Positions 25,932 through 38,900 of a stretch of DNA of 64,000 nucleotides are shown here, one piece after another. Made by a program: the position numbers and the translations under genes. Source of the DNA: a virus; the IMG/VR virus record IMGVR_UViG_3300031519_000002; one strand, given 5' to 3'. Below the pieces are notes generated by a model. It did not search any database, was not told the DNA's origin, and saw only the letters and a list, made by a program, of their open reading frames with translations. Positions within the stretch are counted from its first letter, which is position 1; the number at the start of each line of letters is the position of its first letter.

Positions 25932-26366
25932 ATGGCCACAGATTTATATAAACAAATTAAAGTAACAACAGCTAAACAAGCACAGCCTGCTATCGGCCAA
26001 AAAGCCTATAGAGGATTTAGCACAGTCAATCCGGGAAACAATTCCTTCCAGCAATATGACATAGCAGTAATTAAACAAAATTTGCTTAATCATTTTAACA
26101 TTAGGCAAGGTGAAAAATTATCTGATCCTAACTTTGGTTGTATTATTTGGGAGGCGTTATACGAGCCGTTGACAACCCAGCTTAAAGAAGCAATTACTGC
26201 AAACGTTACAAACATTATAAACTATGATCCAAGAACGATTGCTGACAATGTACTAGTATCAGAGTATGAATCGGGTCTTCAGATCGAGTGTACAGTTACA
26301 TATTTAACATATAATATTAGCGAATCCTTGCAAATGCAGTTTGATAAAGATGCTGGATTAATATAG
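25932..26366 (+). CDS. gp25: baseplate wedge protein gp25
   Basis: IKQNLLNHFNIRQGEKLSDPNFGCIIWEALYEP and YDPR; likely start MATDLY at 25932. Confidence 0.9.
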   Translation: MATDLYKQIKVTTAKQAQPAIGQKAYRGFSTVNPGNNSFQQYDIAVIKQNLLNHFNIRQGEKLSDPNFGCIIWEALYEPLTTQLKEAITANVTNIINYDPRTIADNVLVSEYESGLQIECTVTYLTYNISESLQMQFDKDAGLI

Positions 26367-26397
26367 CCGAATTAACTACTAGCTTTATTGTTTTCAA

Positions 26398-26403
26398 TAA
26401 ATA
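26398..26403 (+). promoter_or_regulatory. late promoter upstream of gp6
   Basis: CAATAAATAC in intergenic space. Confidence 0.6.
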
Positions 26404-26430
26404 CTTGTAGAGATTAGATAAGGATAACCG

Positions 26431-29400
26431 ATGTCATCAACCGACAGACAGAATAGACTGCTACTTGCAGAAGACTGGACAAAAGTCTACCAAAGTTTCC
26501 GAAATGCAGAGTTTCGTAGCTATGACTTTGACACATTAAGAAGATCAATGATCACATATCTAAGGAATAACTATCCTGAAGATTTTAACGATTATATTGA
26601 CACATCAGAGTATCTTGCACTAATTGATATGATTGCCTTCCTTGGGCAAAATATTAGTTATAGAGTTGACTTGAATGCAAGAGAAAACTTCTTAGAACTT
26701 GCAGAGCGTAGAGAATCAGTTCTCCGCATGGCACGTATGTTGTCTTATAATGCAAAGCGTAATCAAGCCGCTAACGGTCTTATTAAGTTTGAGACAGTAG
26801 CAACTACAGAAGAAATAATTGATAGTAACGGCATTAACTTATCTGATCAAACTATTATTTGGAACGACCCTAGCAACATAAATTGGACAGAACAGTTTAG
26901 ACGGGTGCTTAATGGGGCCCTGCCTAGAAACAACACAGTTGGAAAACCAGCAAAGTCTCTACAAGTTGACGGAGTACTAACACAACAATATAGATTTAGA
27001 TCTACTAATTCAGATGTTCCAGTCTTTGGTTTCGCAAAGGGCGTAAACGGACTTCAAACACAATTTGAAATAGTATCAACTGACGTTAATTCTAATACCT
27101 CCCAAATTAAGGAAGAAAATCCAGTACCTGGAAATAGTTTAGCATTTCTTTATAGAGAAGATGGCAGAGGAACTAGCAGTGCAAACACAGGATACTTTTT
27201 ACACTTTAGACAGGGTACAATGCAGTCTGCTAATTTTAATGTTAGCAACCCAACATCAAATCAAGTAATTGCAATCGACGCACAAGACATTAATAATTCT
27301 GATGTATGGTTATATCAACTTGACGAAAACGGTAACCCGGAAACTTTATGGACTCAAGTAGATGCAATCGAAGGTAATAATGCAATATACAACAGTGTAA
27401 ATAAAAAAATTAGAAACTTTTATGTTGTGCAAACTAGAGCCAACGATCAGATTAGTTTAGTATTTGCTGATGGTACTTTTGGAAATATTCCAAATGGTAA
27501 TTTTAGAGTATACTACAGACAAAGTGCTAACAGATCTATGAAGGTTGTTCCTAGTGAATTAACTAGTATTACATTTAGCTTTCCATATTTGGCTACTAGT
27601 GGAAAAACAGAAACTTTAACAGTTGGCGTAGAATTAAAACAAGCAGTTACTAACGCTACTAATAGTGAATCATCTTCTAGCATTAAGCAAAATGCACCAC
27701 AAACATACTATACACAAAATAGAATGGTAACCGGTGAAGATTATAATATTGTTCCGTTAACAGCAAACCAAGAAATTATAAAAGTTAAATCGACAAATAG
27801 GGTTAGTAGCGGAATTAGTAGATATTTTGATCTCAAAGATGCTACAGGAAAATATTCAAGTACAAACTTGTTTGGCTCTGACGGTGTACTTTATAGAGAA
27901 AAATATGAAAGTAAAGCGTCATTTACTTTTTCAACTCAAACGGATATTGAAGGAACTATTGAAAATACAATTCTTCCTACTATACAAAATAGAGCAATTA
28001 GCAATTATTACTTTGCAAACTATGCAAAGATTATTGTTAGTGATCTTAGTGCCACTTGGCAACAATCAACTAAGACAACTAATAGTTCATCAGGCCTATT
28101 AAATAATATCAGTAGTGTTCCGTATCAAATTGGAACATTTACTGGTGGCTCGTTAAAATATGTAGAAGCTGGCGCATTATTAAAGTTTGTTCCTCCTGTA
28201 GGATTTTACTTTGTTGATAATGGCAAGTTAACTAGTAATGCCGGTGCCAAAGGCGCAAGTACATACAAGTGGGTTAAAGTTATTAGTACTGCCGGATCGG
28301 GTGTATCTGTTAATAGCACAACCGGTGAAGGGCCTATTGTCCTTAATGAAATACTTCCAGCTAACAGTGTACTTGAAGAAATTAAACCAAAACTAGTAAA
28401 AGATATTACCACTGATGTAAGATCACAAATTATTGACCAAGTATTTGCTTATAAAACTTTTGGGTTACGCTACGACCAAGTTAATAGAATTTGGCGTGTT
28501 ATCATTAACGAAAACTTAAATGTAAATGATGTGTTTAGTAATGGTAAAACTGGTGACGTAACTAATAACCAATTAGACTCAAGTTGGTTGGTATTATTCC
28601 AAACTAACGGAGAGACTTACACTGTTACTAACAGGGGATTGCGATATGTATTTGAAAGTGATAAAGAGCTATCATTTTACTTTGATGGGCAAAACAAAAT
28701 CTATGACTCTTCAACAGGCCAACTAGTTAAAGATAAAATTGGTATTATGAATTTTAATACTAAGCCCGATGTATTGACAGCATTTAATAATGATGTTAAT
28801 TGGGAAATTGTAAAAGAATTTAGAAACACAGACGGATACGTTAATAGTAAAAAAGTAGAAGTTAGTTTTTACGATTTAAATGATGACGGTAGTATTGACG
28901 ACCCAGATGTATTTGACGTAGTAGTTGCTCCATTAACTAATACATCAACAAAATATATTTTCTTAAAGAAGGTAGAGTCAGATCAAGGATTTAGTAAGTA
29001 TAATTTCTATAGCGACAGTAACTTAATTAATGTTGTATCTACTGAAACTGAGATTGGTGCATATAGTCAATATACATCAGGACAAGTATTTTATATTATA
29101 GATAGCAATAATTTCAAAGTGTTAAATAATAGTGTGCTAATAGTTACAGCAGACTATAAAGCACACATTGGAAGAAGTAATTTAAAGTTCCAGTACGTAC
29201 ACAGTGCCGATGAAGGAAATAGAATTGATCCTAGTGCAAGTAATATTATAGATGTATATATGTTGACTAAAACATATGATACTAATTTTAGAAAATATAT
29301 TACAGGATCTATTACTAATCCCCCGTTGCCTCCTAGTACAGATGAATTATATCAAAACTATGGCAGAACAATTAACCAATATAAATCAATAAGTGATGAA

Positions 29401-29967
29401 GTAATTTATCACTCGGTTGAATATAAACCGTTATTTGGAGCACACGCACAAGATAATTTGCAAGCAACATTTAAAATTGTAAAAAATAATGGTCAAGTAA
29501 TTAATGATAATGAAATAAGAACACTTGTTATTACTGCAATTAATCAATTTTTTGCATTAGAAAATTGGGACTTTGGAGATACATTCCATTTTACAGAACT
29601 TGCAACGTATGTAATGAACCAAGTAGCACCGGATGTAGTTAATATTCTTCTTGTACCAAAACAAGCAACACAGGGGTTTGGTAGCTTGTATGAAGTTAAA
29701 GCAGAAAATAACGAAATCTTTATTAATGATGCAACTGTTGCTGATGTTGAAATTATTGACTCTGTAACAGCTTCTAGAATACAAGCATCAGGTAATATAA
29801 TTACAGCTACTAACACAACAAACACAGGTATTAAGAGTCAAGCGTTGACAACAAGTACTACAACTACAACAACTACAGCAACTACAACAAGCTCAAGTAG
29901 TTCAAATAGTTCAGGATCAAGCGGCGGAAGCGGAAGCTCCGGCGGCGGCGGAGGTTATGGATACTAA
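26431..29967 (+). CDS. gp6: baseplate wedge protein (gp6-like)
   Basis: YDFDTLRRSMITYLR, ENFLELAERRESV, VFADGTFGNIP and APQTYYTQNRMVTGEDY; follows gp25. Confidence 0.88.
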   Translation: MSSTDRQNRLLLAEDWTKVYQSFRNAEFRSYDFDTLRRSMITYLRNNYPEDFNDYIDTSEYLALIDMIAFLGQNISYRVDLNARENFLELAERRESVLRMARMLSYNAKRNQAANGLIKFETVATTEEIIDSNGINLSDQTIIWNDPSNINWTEQFRRVLNGALPRNNTVGKPAKSLQVDGVLTQQYRFRSTNSDVPVFGFAKGVNGLQTQFEIVSTDVNSNTSQIKEENPVPGNSLAFLYREDGRGTSSANTGYFLHFRQGTMQSANFNVSNPTSNQVIAIDAQDINNSDVWLYQLDENGNPETLWTQVDAIEGNNAIYNSVNKKIRNFYVVQTRANDQISLVFADGTFGNIPNGNFRVYYRQSANRSMKVVPSELTSITFSFPYLATSGKTETLTVGVELKQAVTNATNSESSSSIKQNAPQTYYTQNRMVTGEDYNIVPLTANQEIIKVKSTNRVSSGISRYFDLKDATGKYSSTNLFGSDGVLYREKYESKASFTFSTQTDIEGTIENTILPTIQNRAISNYYFANYAKIIVSDLSATWQQSTKTTNSSSGLLNNISSVPYQIGTFTGGSLKYVEAGALLKFVPPVGFYFVDNGKLTSNAGAKGASTYKWVKVISTAGSGVSVNSTTGEGPIVLNEILPANSVLEEIKPKLVKDITTDVRSQIIDQVFAYKTFGLRYDQVNRIWRVIINENLNVNDVFSNGKTGDVTNNQLDSSWLVLFQTNGETYTVTNRGLRYVFESDKELSFYFDGQNKIYDSSTGQLVKDKIGIMNFNTKPDVLTAFNNDVNWEIVKEFRNTDGYVNSKKVEVSFYDLNDDGSIDDPDVFDVVVAPLTNTSTKYIFLKKVESDQGFSKYNFYSDSNLINVVSTETEIGAYSQYTSGQVFYIIDSNNFKVLNNSVLIVTADYKAHIGRSNLKFQYVHSADEGNRIDPSASNIIDVYMLTKTYDTNFRKYITGSITNPPLPPSTDELYQNYGRTINQYKSISDEVIYHSVEYKPLFGAHAQDNLQATFKIVKNNGQVINDNEIRTLVITAINQFFALENWDFGDTFHFTELATYVMNQVAPDVVNILLVPKQATQGFGSLYEVKAENNEIFINDATVADVEIIDSVTASRIQASGNIITATNTTNTGIKSQALTTSTTTTTTTATTTSSSSSNSSGSSGGSGSSGGGGGYGY

Positions 29968-32900
29968 TGGCACAAGATGAATCACCAATTCCGGTAAACG
30001 GAGAAAGCACAAACAGAAACACTGCTGACTTATTACCTAGGTACTTTAGAACAGTGGCTAATAAAAAGTTTCTAAGTAGCACCCTTGATCAAATGATGCA
30101 ACCAGGTGTTGTTGAAAAGGTTGACGGGTTTATTGGTCGAAAAGATGCCAAAGCATTTAAAGCCGGTGACAATTACTTACAAGAAGTTAGTGATAACAGA
30201 CAAAATTATCAATTAGAACCTGTTGCTACAATTACTAATAATTTGGGCAATACTACGTTTTATAGAGATTATAGAGATTTTACAAACAGTGCTAAAATTA
30301 GAAACACAGATAATAGCAATCACAGTTTGTTTAACTCTCAGGAATATTATTCTTGGGATCCACATGTTAACTTTGATAAGTTTGTAAACTTTAGAGAATA
30401 CTATTGGTTACCAGCAGGACCTAATGAAGTTCCTGTTTACGGCGCCGCCAGGAATATTACTAGTACATATAATGTTAAGCGTCAAGACAATGTTGATAAT
30501 AACAGTTATATTTTTAGTGATGAAAATATTGTAAGCAATCCTACACTAACGTTGTATAGAGGACAGACTTATAAGTTTGACGTTAACACAGTAGATATGC
30601 CATTTAGCATTAGAACTACTAGAGATAACGAAGATACTACTAATTTGTATACTACTGGAATTAACAAAAATAATATTGAAAAAGGTGTTATTACTTGGAC
30701 AGTTGATTTAGAGTCTCCTGAATACTTATACTATGTTAATGGCAATGACATTGAAGCTTCGGGACTCATTGTTATTAAAGATATTAGAGACAATACTGAA
30801 TTAGACGTTGCCTCAGCAATAATTGGCAAAAAAACTTATACTATGCAAAATGGTTATGCATTAACTAATGGCATGAAAGTTAAGTTTTACGGAAAAATTA
30901 CTCCTGAACAGTACGGTAAAGGTTCTTGGTATATTGAAGGCGTTGGCGATTCAATACAACTTATTTCAGAAGAAGATCTTGTTATTACCGCAGACTACTT
31001 AACTGATGTATCAACTGAGTTTGATAATCAAGGATTTGCGGCATTACCGTTCGACGATGCAACATCATATGCTACACTAAAAGATTATATTGTTATTAAC
31101 AGAGCATCTAAGGATAGGAACCAATGGTCAAGATATAACAAGTGGACACATAGAAGTGTCATTGAAAATATTGCAACTATTAATAATGTGCCGGTTGTAT
31201 TAGATCAAAATTATAGAGCTACACGGCCTATTGTTGAATTTGACGCAGGACTAAAGCTATTCAACTTTGGTACTGAAGCAAAAACCGCAGTAGACTTAAT
31301 TGATACTGTTACTAAAGATGTATTTTCAGATATTGAAGGCCAAACAGGATACTTTGTAGACGGAATTGAATTAGTTACTGGCATGCGTGTATTGTTTACT
31401 GCTGATCCAGATTCCTTTGTGTCAGGCAAGATCTATCAAGTATCGTTTATTAGTCAGAATGGCAACACGCAAATTTCTCTTAAAGAAACTACTGACACTG
31501 CTCCATTGCAAGACGAAACAGTATTATCTAAGTCTGGAGTAAAATACAAAGGTAAGATTTTTTATTACACCGGAACAACTTGGCAACAAGCACAAGACAA
31601 GACAAAAGTTAACCAACAACCATTGTTTGATTTGTATAACGATGAAGGAACACAGTTATCTGCATTAGAATCTAGTAGTTTTGTAGGTAATAAAATCTTT
31701 AGTTATAAAGTTGGCATGGGCGCCAATGATACTGAGCTAGGATTTCCACTATCGTATAGAACTATCCAAAACAGCGGAGATATTGTTTTTGATTTTAATC
31801 TATTATCAGATACATATCGATATGATGAATTAGCAGAAGTTTATACAGTTAGTACTGATACTGCACTATTAAAGAAATATTCTAATAGAACTACATTTGT
31901 AAATCAATCAGCATGGACAACGGCCCCTGCTAAATCTCAGCAATTAGTTGTTACCCAACAAGTTGTAACTAATGAAAGAACTAATAACTTTATTGTTGAT
32001 GTTTATAATAGAAGCGGCGACTTAAATGATTTAGTAGTTAAAGTTTACGTAGATAATGTTAGAAAAAGAGACGGTGTTGATTATACTATTAATAGAGTTA
32101 ACGGTTATGCATATGTTACTTTTAATACTAATTTAGTTTTAAATAATAGTTTAGTTATTAAAACAAGTTCAAGTGCGGCAAAAACTAGTAATGGATATTA
32201 CGAGTTTCCGATAAACTTTGAAAAAAATCCGCAAAACGAAAATGTAACTACTTTTACGTTAGGCGAAGTATTAGATCACGTAGACAGTATTGTTGATAAT
32301 GTTGACGGATTTGTAGGAACGTATCCGGGAGTGAGCAACTTACGGGACTTGGGCAAAGTAGCACCGTTTGGCTTAAAGTTTGTTCAGCATAGTGGACCAA
32401 TTAACCTTGCATTATATAACTTGACAGACAAGGACTACGATGCAATTGAAGCTATGAAGTATTCCGGTATTGAATACATTAAATTTAAAAGAGAATTTTT
32501 AAGAGTAGCTAATGATCTTGGTGTTGATAGTACTGATAAATTGCATGTAGATAGTGTGTTTGCCACACTTAATGAAACTAAAACAAATGATGATCCTTTT
32601 TACTTTAGTGATATGATACCACACGGTGGTGATTCTAAGGTTTCGCATATTATTGAAGATCAGTCACAAACAATATTTTCATTAGCCCGTGGTGTTGACT
32701 TTACAAAATTATCACAATTAGCAGTACTTGCATATCTAAACGAAACACAACTTGTGTTAAACAAAGATTACACAGTTAGTAGTAGTGGATTTTTAACATT
32801 AGTTAATGCACCAACAGCAGGCGACATTTTAGATGTATACGAATTCCCCTCAACTGATGGTTGTTGGGTTCCGCCTACTCCAACTAAACTAGGTCTTTAT

Positions 32901-35900
32901 CCTAAGTTTACTCCAGAAATATATTTAGACGACACGTACATTAGTGAATCGACTGATGTAGCTGGCCCTTACAAAATCTATGCTAGAGACGAAACAACAA
33001 CATTGTCATACAAAGGTAAGGTTGGTTGGTTCTATCCATTATTTACTGATGAAGTATCGGCTCAACAAGAAGACCTTAGGAATAACGGAACAGGATTGGC
33101 GCACACCCATGTGTTTGCTGGGACTAACACAGTATTTTATATGCCTAGTAGTAATATGAATCATGCTACTAACGATTCGCAATCTTATATTGAATATCCA
33201 AATGCTCAGGCAGTGTTACAAGGACACGACGGATCAATATGGAAATGCTTTGGCGACTTCAGAGACAGATTATTATTAGACTTAGAAAAACGAATCTACA
33301 ATAACTTAAAACTTCCATACAATGAAAGTATTGTTGACATTGCAGATTTTGTTGAAAGTCAAAATAGAAAAACTGGCTTTACTAGAAAGAAGATTTCAAA
33401 AACAATGATTTCTGATTTTAACAGATGGTTAGAAACAGTTGGCACTCCTGATTATGTTACTAACACATATTATAAAGCTGGCAACGGATTTACATACTAT
33501 TACGGTAGAGCAGGTAACTTTGCTAACGAACCACTAAGCGGATTTTGGAGGTCTATATATAAAGATCTTTATAATACAGATAGACCACACAGTCATCCTT
33601 GGGAAGTATTAGGCCTAAAAGAAAAGCCAACTTGGTTTGAATCAGTATACGGATCAGCACCGTATTCTAGTAATAACCTTATCCTTTGGGAAGACTTAGC
33701 AAATGGTATTGTTCGTGAACCTAATAAAAAAGTAACATACCGAAATAAATTTAAAAATGCACAAATATATAACTATATTCCTGTAGATGAAAGCGGAAAT
33801 TTATTACCGCCTAGTCAAACAGGTTATGCACAAGGCGGCATAGATAGCACATATGATTCTGAGTTTACGTTTGGTGACGAAGCACCGGTTGAATCAGCTT
33901 GGCGTAAAAGTTCACATTATCCGTTCTCGTTAATGACAGCTTGGGCATTGAATCAACCTGCACAATTTTTTGGTCTAGCATTTGACAGAAGTAGAATTGT
34001 TCGTAACGGTGCAGAGCAATTAGTATATCAAGACACTAGCAAGCGTATTGAATTAATTAACTTGCAATTCCCAAATGGCGTAACAGATAGTAACAGAGTA
34101 CTTACAGCAGGTATTGTAAACTATGTACAAGGATATCTTGCTTCTAATCAAACACTTAGATTTACAGAGTACAAAACAAACCTTACTAATATTGAAAATA
34201 AGTTAGCATCTAAAATTGGTGGATTTACACAAAAGTCTAAATTTAGATTAATACTTGATGCAAGAACTCCTACTAATGAAGGGAACGTTTTTGTTCCAGA
34301 AGAAAACTATCGTATACATTTAACAAAAAGTATTCCATTAGATGTTTACTCGTACAGTGGAATGATTGTTGAAATTACACCATCAGGATACATTGTCAAA
34401 GGTTATGATAAAGATAGTCCAATTTTTAAGTACTATCCGCCTAGAGCAAAAAGCAATGATCCAGTAATTACAATCGGTGGCATAAGTGAAAACTTCTTAA
34501 TATATACTGCTGGCAAACGGTATGAAACTGGACAAATTGTTGAATCTAGTGATAGCTATTTCCGTGTAAAAGTATCACACACCGCAGGCGATGCATTTGA
34601 TGCGGGCAATTTCCAACAGCTTGCCGAACTACCAATTGAAGGTGGAGCATCTGCTAGAATTTCAGATACATTTGTAGATACACTTAGCGAAGTACAATAC
34701 GGAACTTTGTATCGTGACAGGCAAGATGTTGTAGATCTTATGATGGGGTATCAAAAATACCTTACTAGCGTAGGCTTTAAATTTGACAACTACAACCAAA
34801 CTATTCAAGAAATTGAAAACTGGAGACTAAGTGCTAAAGAATTCTTATTCTGGACAACACAGAATTGGGAAACTGGTACAATTTTAACAGTTAGTCCAAG
34901 TGCAAATACAATAGCGTTTGGAAAACCTTATACAGTAGTAGACGACATTTATGATAATTTTTATGATTATAGTTTGTTAAAAGCAGACGGCAAGCGATTG
35001 CTTTCTGACTTTGCAACTACTGAAAGAGATAATACTAATGAATTTGGGCTTCGTGTAAAGAATACGCAAGATGGAGTTTACCATCTTAAAATTCCAGTAA
35101 TACAAAATGAACACGTAGTTATTATTGATAACAGCACAGTGTTTGGTGACGTAATATATAACAGAGCACAAGGTTATAGACAAGAAAGAATTAAAGTTAA
35201 AGGATACCGATCTGATGAATGGAACGGTTCTTATAACATTCCAGGATTTATATTTGATGATGCAGTAGTTACTGAATGGCTTGCTTGGAAAGATTATTCA
35301 ATTGGCTCACTAGTAAAACATAAACAGTACTACTATGTTGCATCAGTTAATATTGTAGGTTCAAAGACGTTTAATGACAGTGAGTTTTTAATATTACCTA
35401 AAAAGCCAGAACAAGGATTATTGCCAAACCTCGACTACAAGGCTAAGCAATTTGCAGACTTCTTTGATCTAGATAGTGATAATTTTGACATTGAACAACA
35501 GCGTTTAGCACAACACACAATTGGATATCAAAAACGTAAGTACCTTGAAAATATTATTACAGATGATGTAAGTCAGTTTAAATTTTATCAAGGAGCAATT
35601 CAAGATAAGGGTACTAAAAATGTTCTTACTAAATTGTTTGATAAACTTGGAAGCGCAAGTAAAGACAGCTTAGAGTTTTATGAAGAATGGGCAATCCGTG
35701 CAGGACGTTACGGTGCAACTGACGGTGACGATCAATTTGATGTATTACTTAACGAAGCAACGTATAGACAAGAACCTCAATTAGTTGAATTAGTTGATGT
35801 AGTTGATCCACAAGACACAAGTTTAATTTATAGATTAGACCGTAATAACATTTACGTTAAATCTAAAGATTATACGCACACACCGTTCCCAACTAAGTTC

Positions 35901-38900
35901 TTTAATGATGATAATAGTTACACACAAACAGCAGGATACGTTAATCCTTCTGATGTTGCGTTATCTCTACTTAACTACGACGATATACTAACACAAGATC
36001 CTGTGTCTGTAGGCACATATATTTGGACAGCTAAAGACAAAAGCGGTCTAAGTTGGTCAGTATATAAGTCAGAAAAAACTGATTACAAAATTACTGAAGT
36101 AACAGAGAGTCAGGAAGATGTATTTACAATCACAGTAAACGGAGTAGCTAACTTTGAAGCTGGGGAAATTATTAGCATTAGTAGTGTTGATGCCGACACA
36201 GACGGGTTTTATAAAGTTATAAGTGCTTCTCTTAATGTAGTTAGGCTTGCTTCTACAACAGATGTAGTAGCGTCAAGCAGTACTAGCGGATACGTAATAA
36301 AATTTGTTCCAGCTAGATTACCTACACTTGCAACAGCAAACGAAAGTATTAAGGCAGACAGAAATACACAGTTTTCTTTAACAGGCAACACTAGTGCAAC
36401 AAGTAATCTTTGGGTAGACGATGATGATACTGGCAAATGGACTGTTTTACAAAACAAACAAGTATATGAATTAAAGTCGGATATTATTAATACTTCTTTA
36501 GGTTTAAACTTTGATTCTAGTGAGAAAGACTTTGGTAGCGCAGTTAGTGTAACTAAAAATAATAATCGCATTGCTATTACATCTCCTAAGGATTTAAACG
36601 GTAGTGTTTATATCTTCCAAAGGCCTAGTGACAATACTGACTTTGGCTTTTTACAACAAATTGACGAACAGACATTATTGTTTGATTCAAACGGTGGCTT
36701 TGGACAAAGTGTTGCACTAAGCCCAGATGGCAAATACTTAGCTATTGGTTCACCGCATGCTTCAAACACCAAGAGTAAACTAAAAGGCGACTATGCTAAT
36801 ACACTATCTTATGTTACAGGCGACATTGTACTTTACTCCTCGCAACTTTGGAAAGCTGATAGAAATATTGATGCTGATGCACTACAGGTGTTTAGTAATA
36901 CTGCATCAGGACAGCAAAGTATAGTAAATGATTATGTCGCATTCAGTCAAAGTTATCCTACTGTTGAGTTTATGGTCCGGGGTGATTATGCTCTTGGTAC
37001 TACTGAAGCAACTGACCACATTTTAATCAGGGCTGAAAAAGAACAATTTGAAGGCACCAAAGCTGGCGACATTTTAACGCTAAAATGGAATAATTATATA
37101 ACATCTGCACAAGCAGGTACGGCTCCGTTTAATAGCGATACTACACTCACACAAGCATTTATTGAAGGCCAACACACTATTGTTAGTAAAGTACAAAATA
37201 TTGCATATATTCAAAGTGCGTTATCAATACCAGATGTTGGATCTGAAATAACAACTGCTACTTGTAGAGCAACAATAGCATACAGAAAGTTTAATGACGA
37301 AAATCAAATGACTGTTTATGTTAATAACGTAAATGGAGTATTTGAAGCTACTGGATCAATTTACTCTAATGGTATTTTAGTTGGAGCATATGAAACTGTA
37401 TTACCGATCACAGACGATTATTATACAGGATGGTGGCAAGTAGATGTAGGAAGTTCATTCACAACTAGTAATTTAACAGATACAAATCCTAATCTTGTAG
37501 TATCAAATATTACACTACAAAATAACGCAGTTAATAATCCGTACTTTAGTAACATACTTGATACTAAACAATTACAAAGTTCTGCAACTCCAACAGCCGC
37601 TTCTTATATTGGCATACTATCACATACCCAAGGACAGAGTAATGTACAAGTTGTTGATTCAAAATGGTTTGTTAGAACTCCGTTAGCACATGGCAACAGT
37701 CTCAATGTTAATGATAAAGTTAGCATGTGGTTAAATGAAATTAGGGTTAATGGATTAGTGCAAGATCCGTCAGCCATTGGATTAACTTTTACAGGAACTA
37801 ATAAAGAGCAAACTATTGTAGATATATGGAACGGTTGGACTGAAGTTAGATTAACTAACTTTGATCTAAATGGTGATCCGTTTATCCCAACAGTCGGAGC
37901 AATAGTTACAGACTCTGCATCAGGCAATACGGCAACTATTGCATATGTTGAAAGAGCATTTAGTACAGTTAGGCTTTTCTTAAAAGATAAAAGCGGCCCT
38001 TGGGCACTAGGATCAGACTTTAGTGCAAATTCAAATGTATCGTTTATTGAAAATGATTCAACAGTAAGAATTATTGGCCCAGTCAGTAATACGCATTTAG
38101 AAAATACCATCTCAGGCCCGTTAATAATATTTGACACAGGTGTTAATATTCCTATTGTAGCGTCTGGCACTAACTATCTTAGAGATTTGGAATATTGGTT
38201 ATATTCAGATACTGTAATTCAGGGTATTAATGCAACAGCTCCTCCACCATCTAGTATTAACTTAGATTGGGAAAGAGTCTACAACTTACCTCTTGCAACA
38301 AACGGATATGAAACTAACTTAACTGAGCAAGGTACATTTGCTGTTTATGAACTTAAAGGTAGTGATTATAAACTTATAAATTATTACACAGTACCAAATA
38401 GTGCTGACTTTAGAAAGCTAGGAACAAAGTTAAAATTTGTACAGCCTACTAATAGTAGTTATAAATTGTTTATTCATGCTGAAGGCAACGGAACCGAAGG
38501 TAATCAAGGTAGGATTTACTTTGTAAATAAAAATGCTACAGAAAATTGGGCATTGTCAGTACAAGCAAATTATCGAGGTGATTTTTCACAAGCGTCACCT
38601 TATTATGAAAACGAATATGTAAGAGTTGGCGACACTGTGTATAAAGCAACTACTAACTTAATCCCAGGAATGTTTAATGTAAGTCAATGGACTGCACAAA
38701 CTTCCGGTGTTGATTTATTAGGGTATGTACCAAACGACACAAACTTTTCATTAGTTGAAAGTACACTAGAGCAAGCAAACTTAGAAGCATTTGGTACTGA
38801 TTTTGATGTTAGTTTAGACGGAAGTGTAATGATTTCAAATTCAATGTATACAAGTGTATATGAAATTGAATCAGGAGATGCAGTACTAGGACTAGATAGT

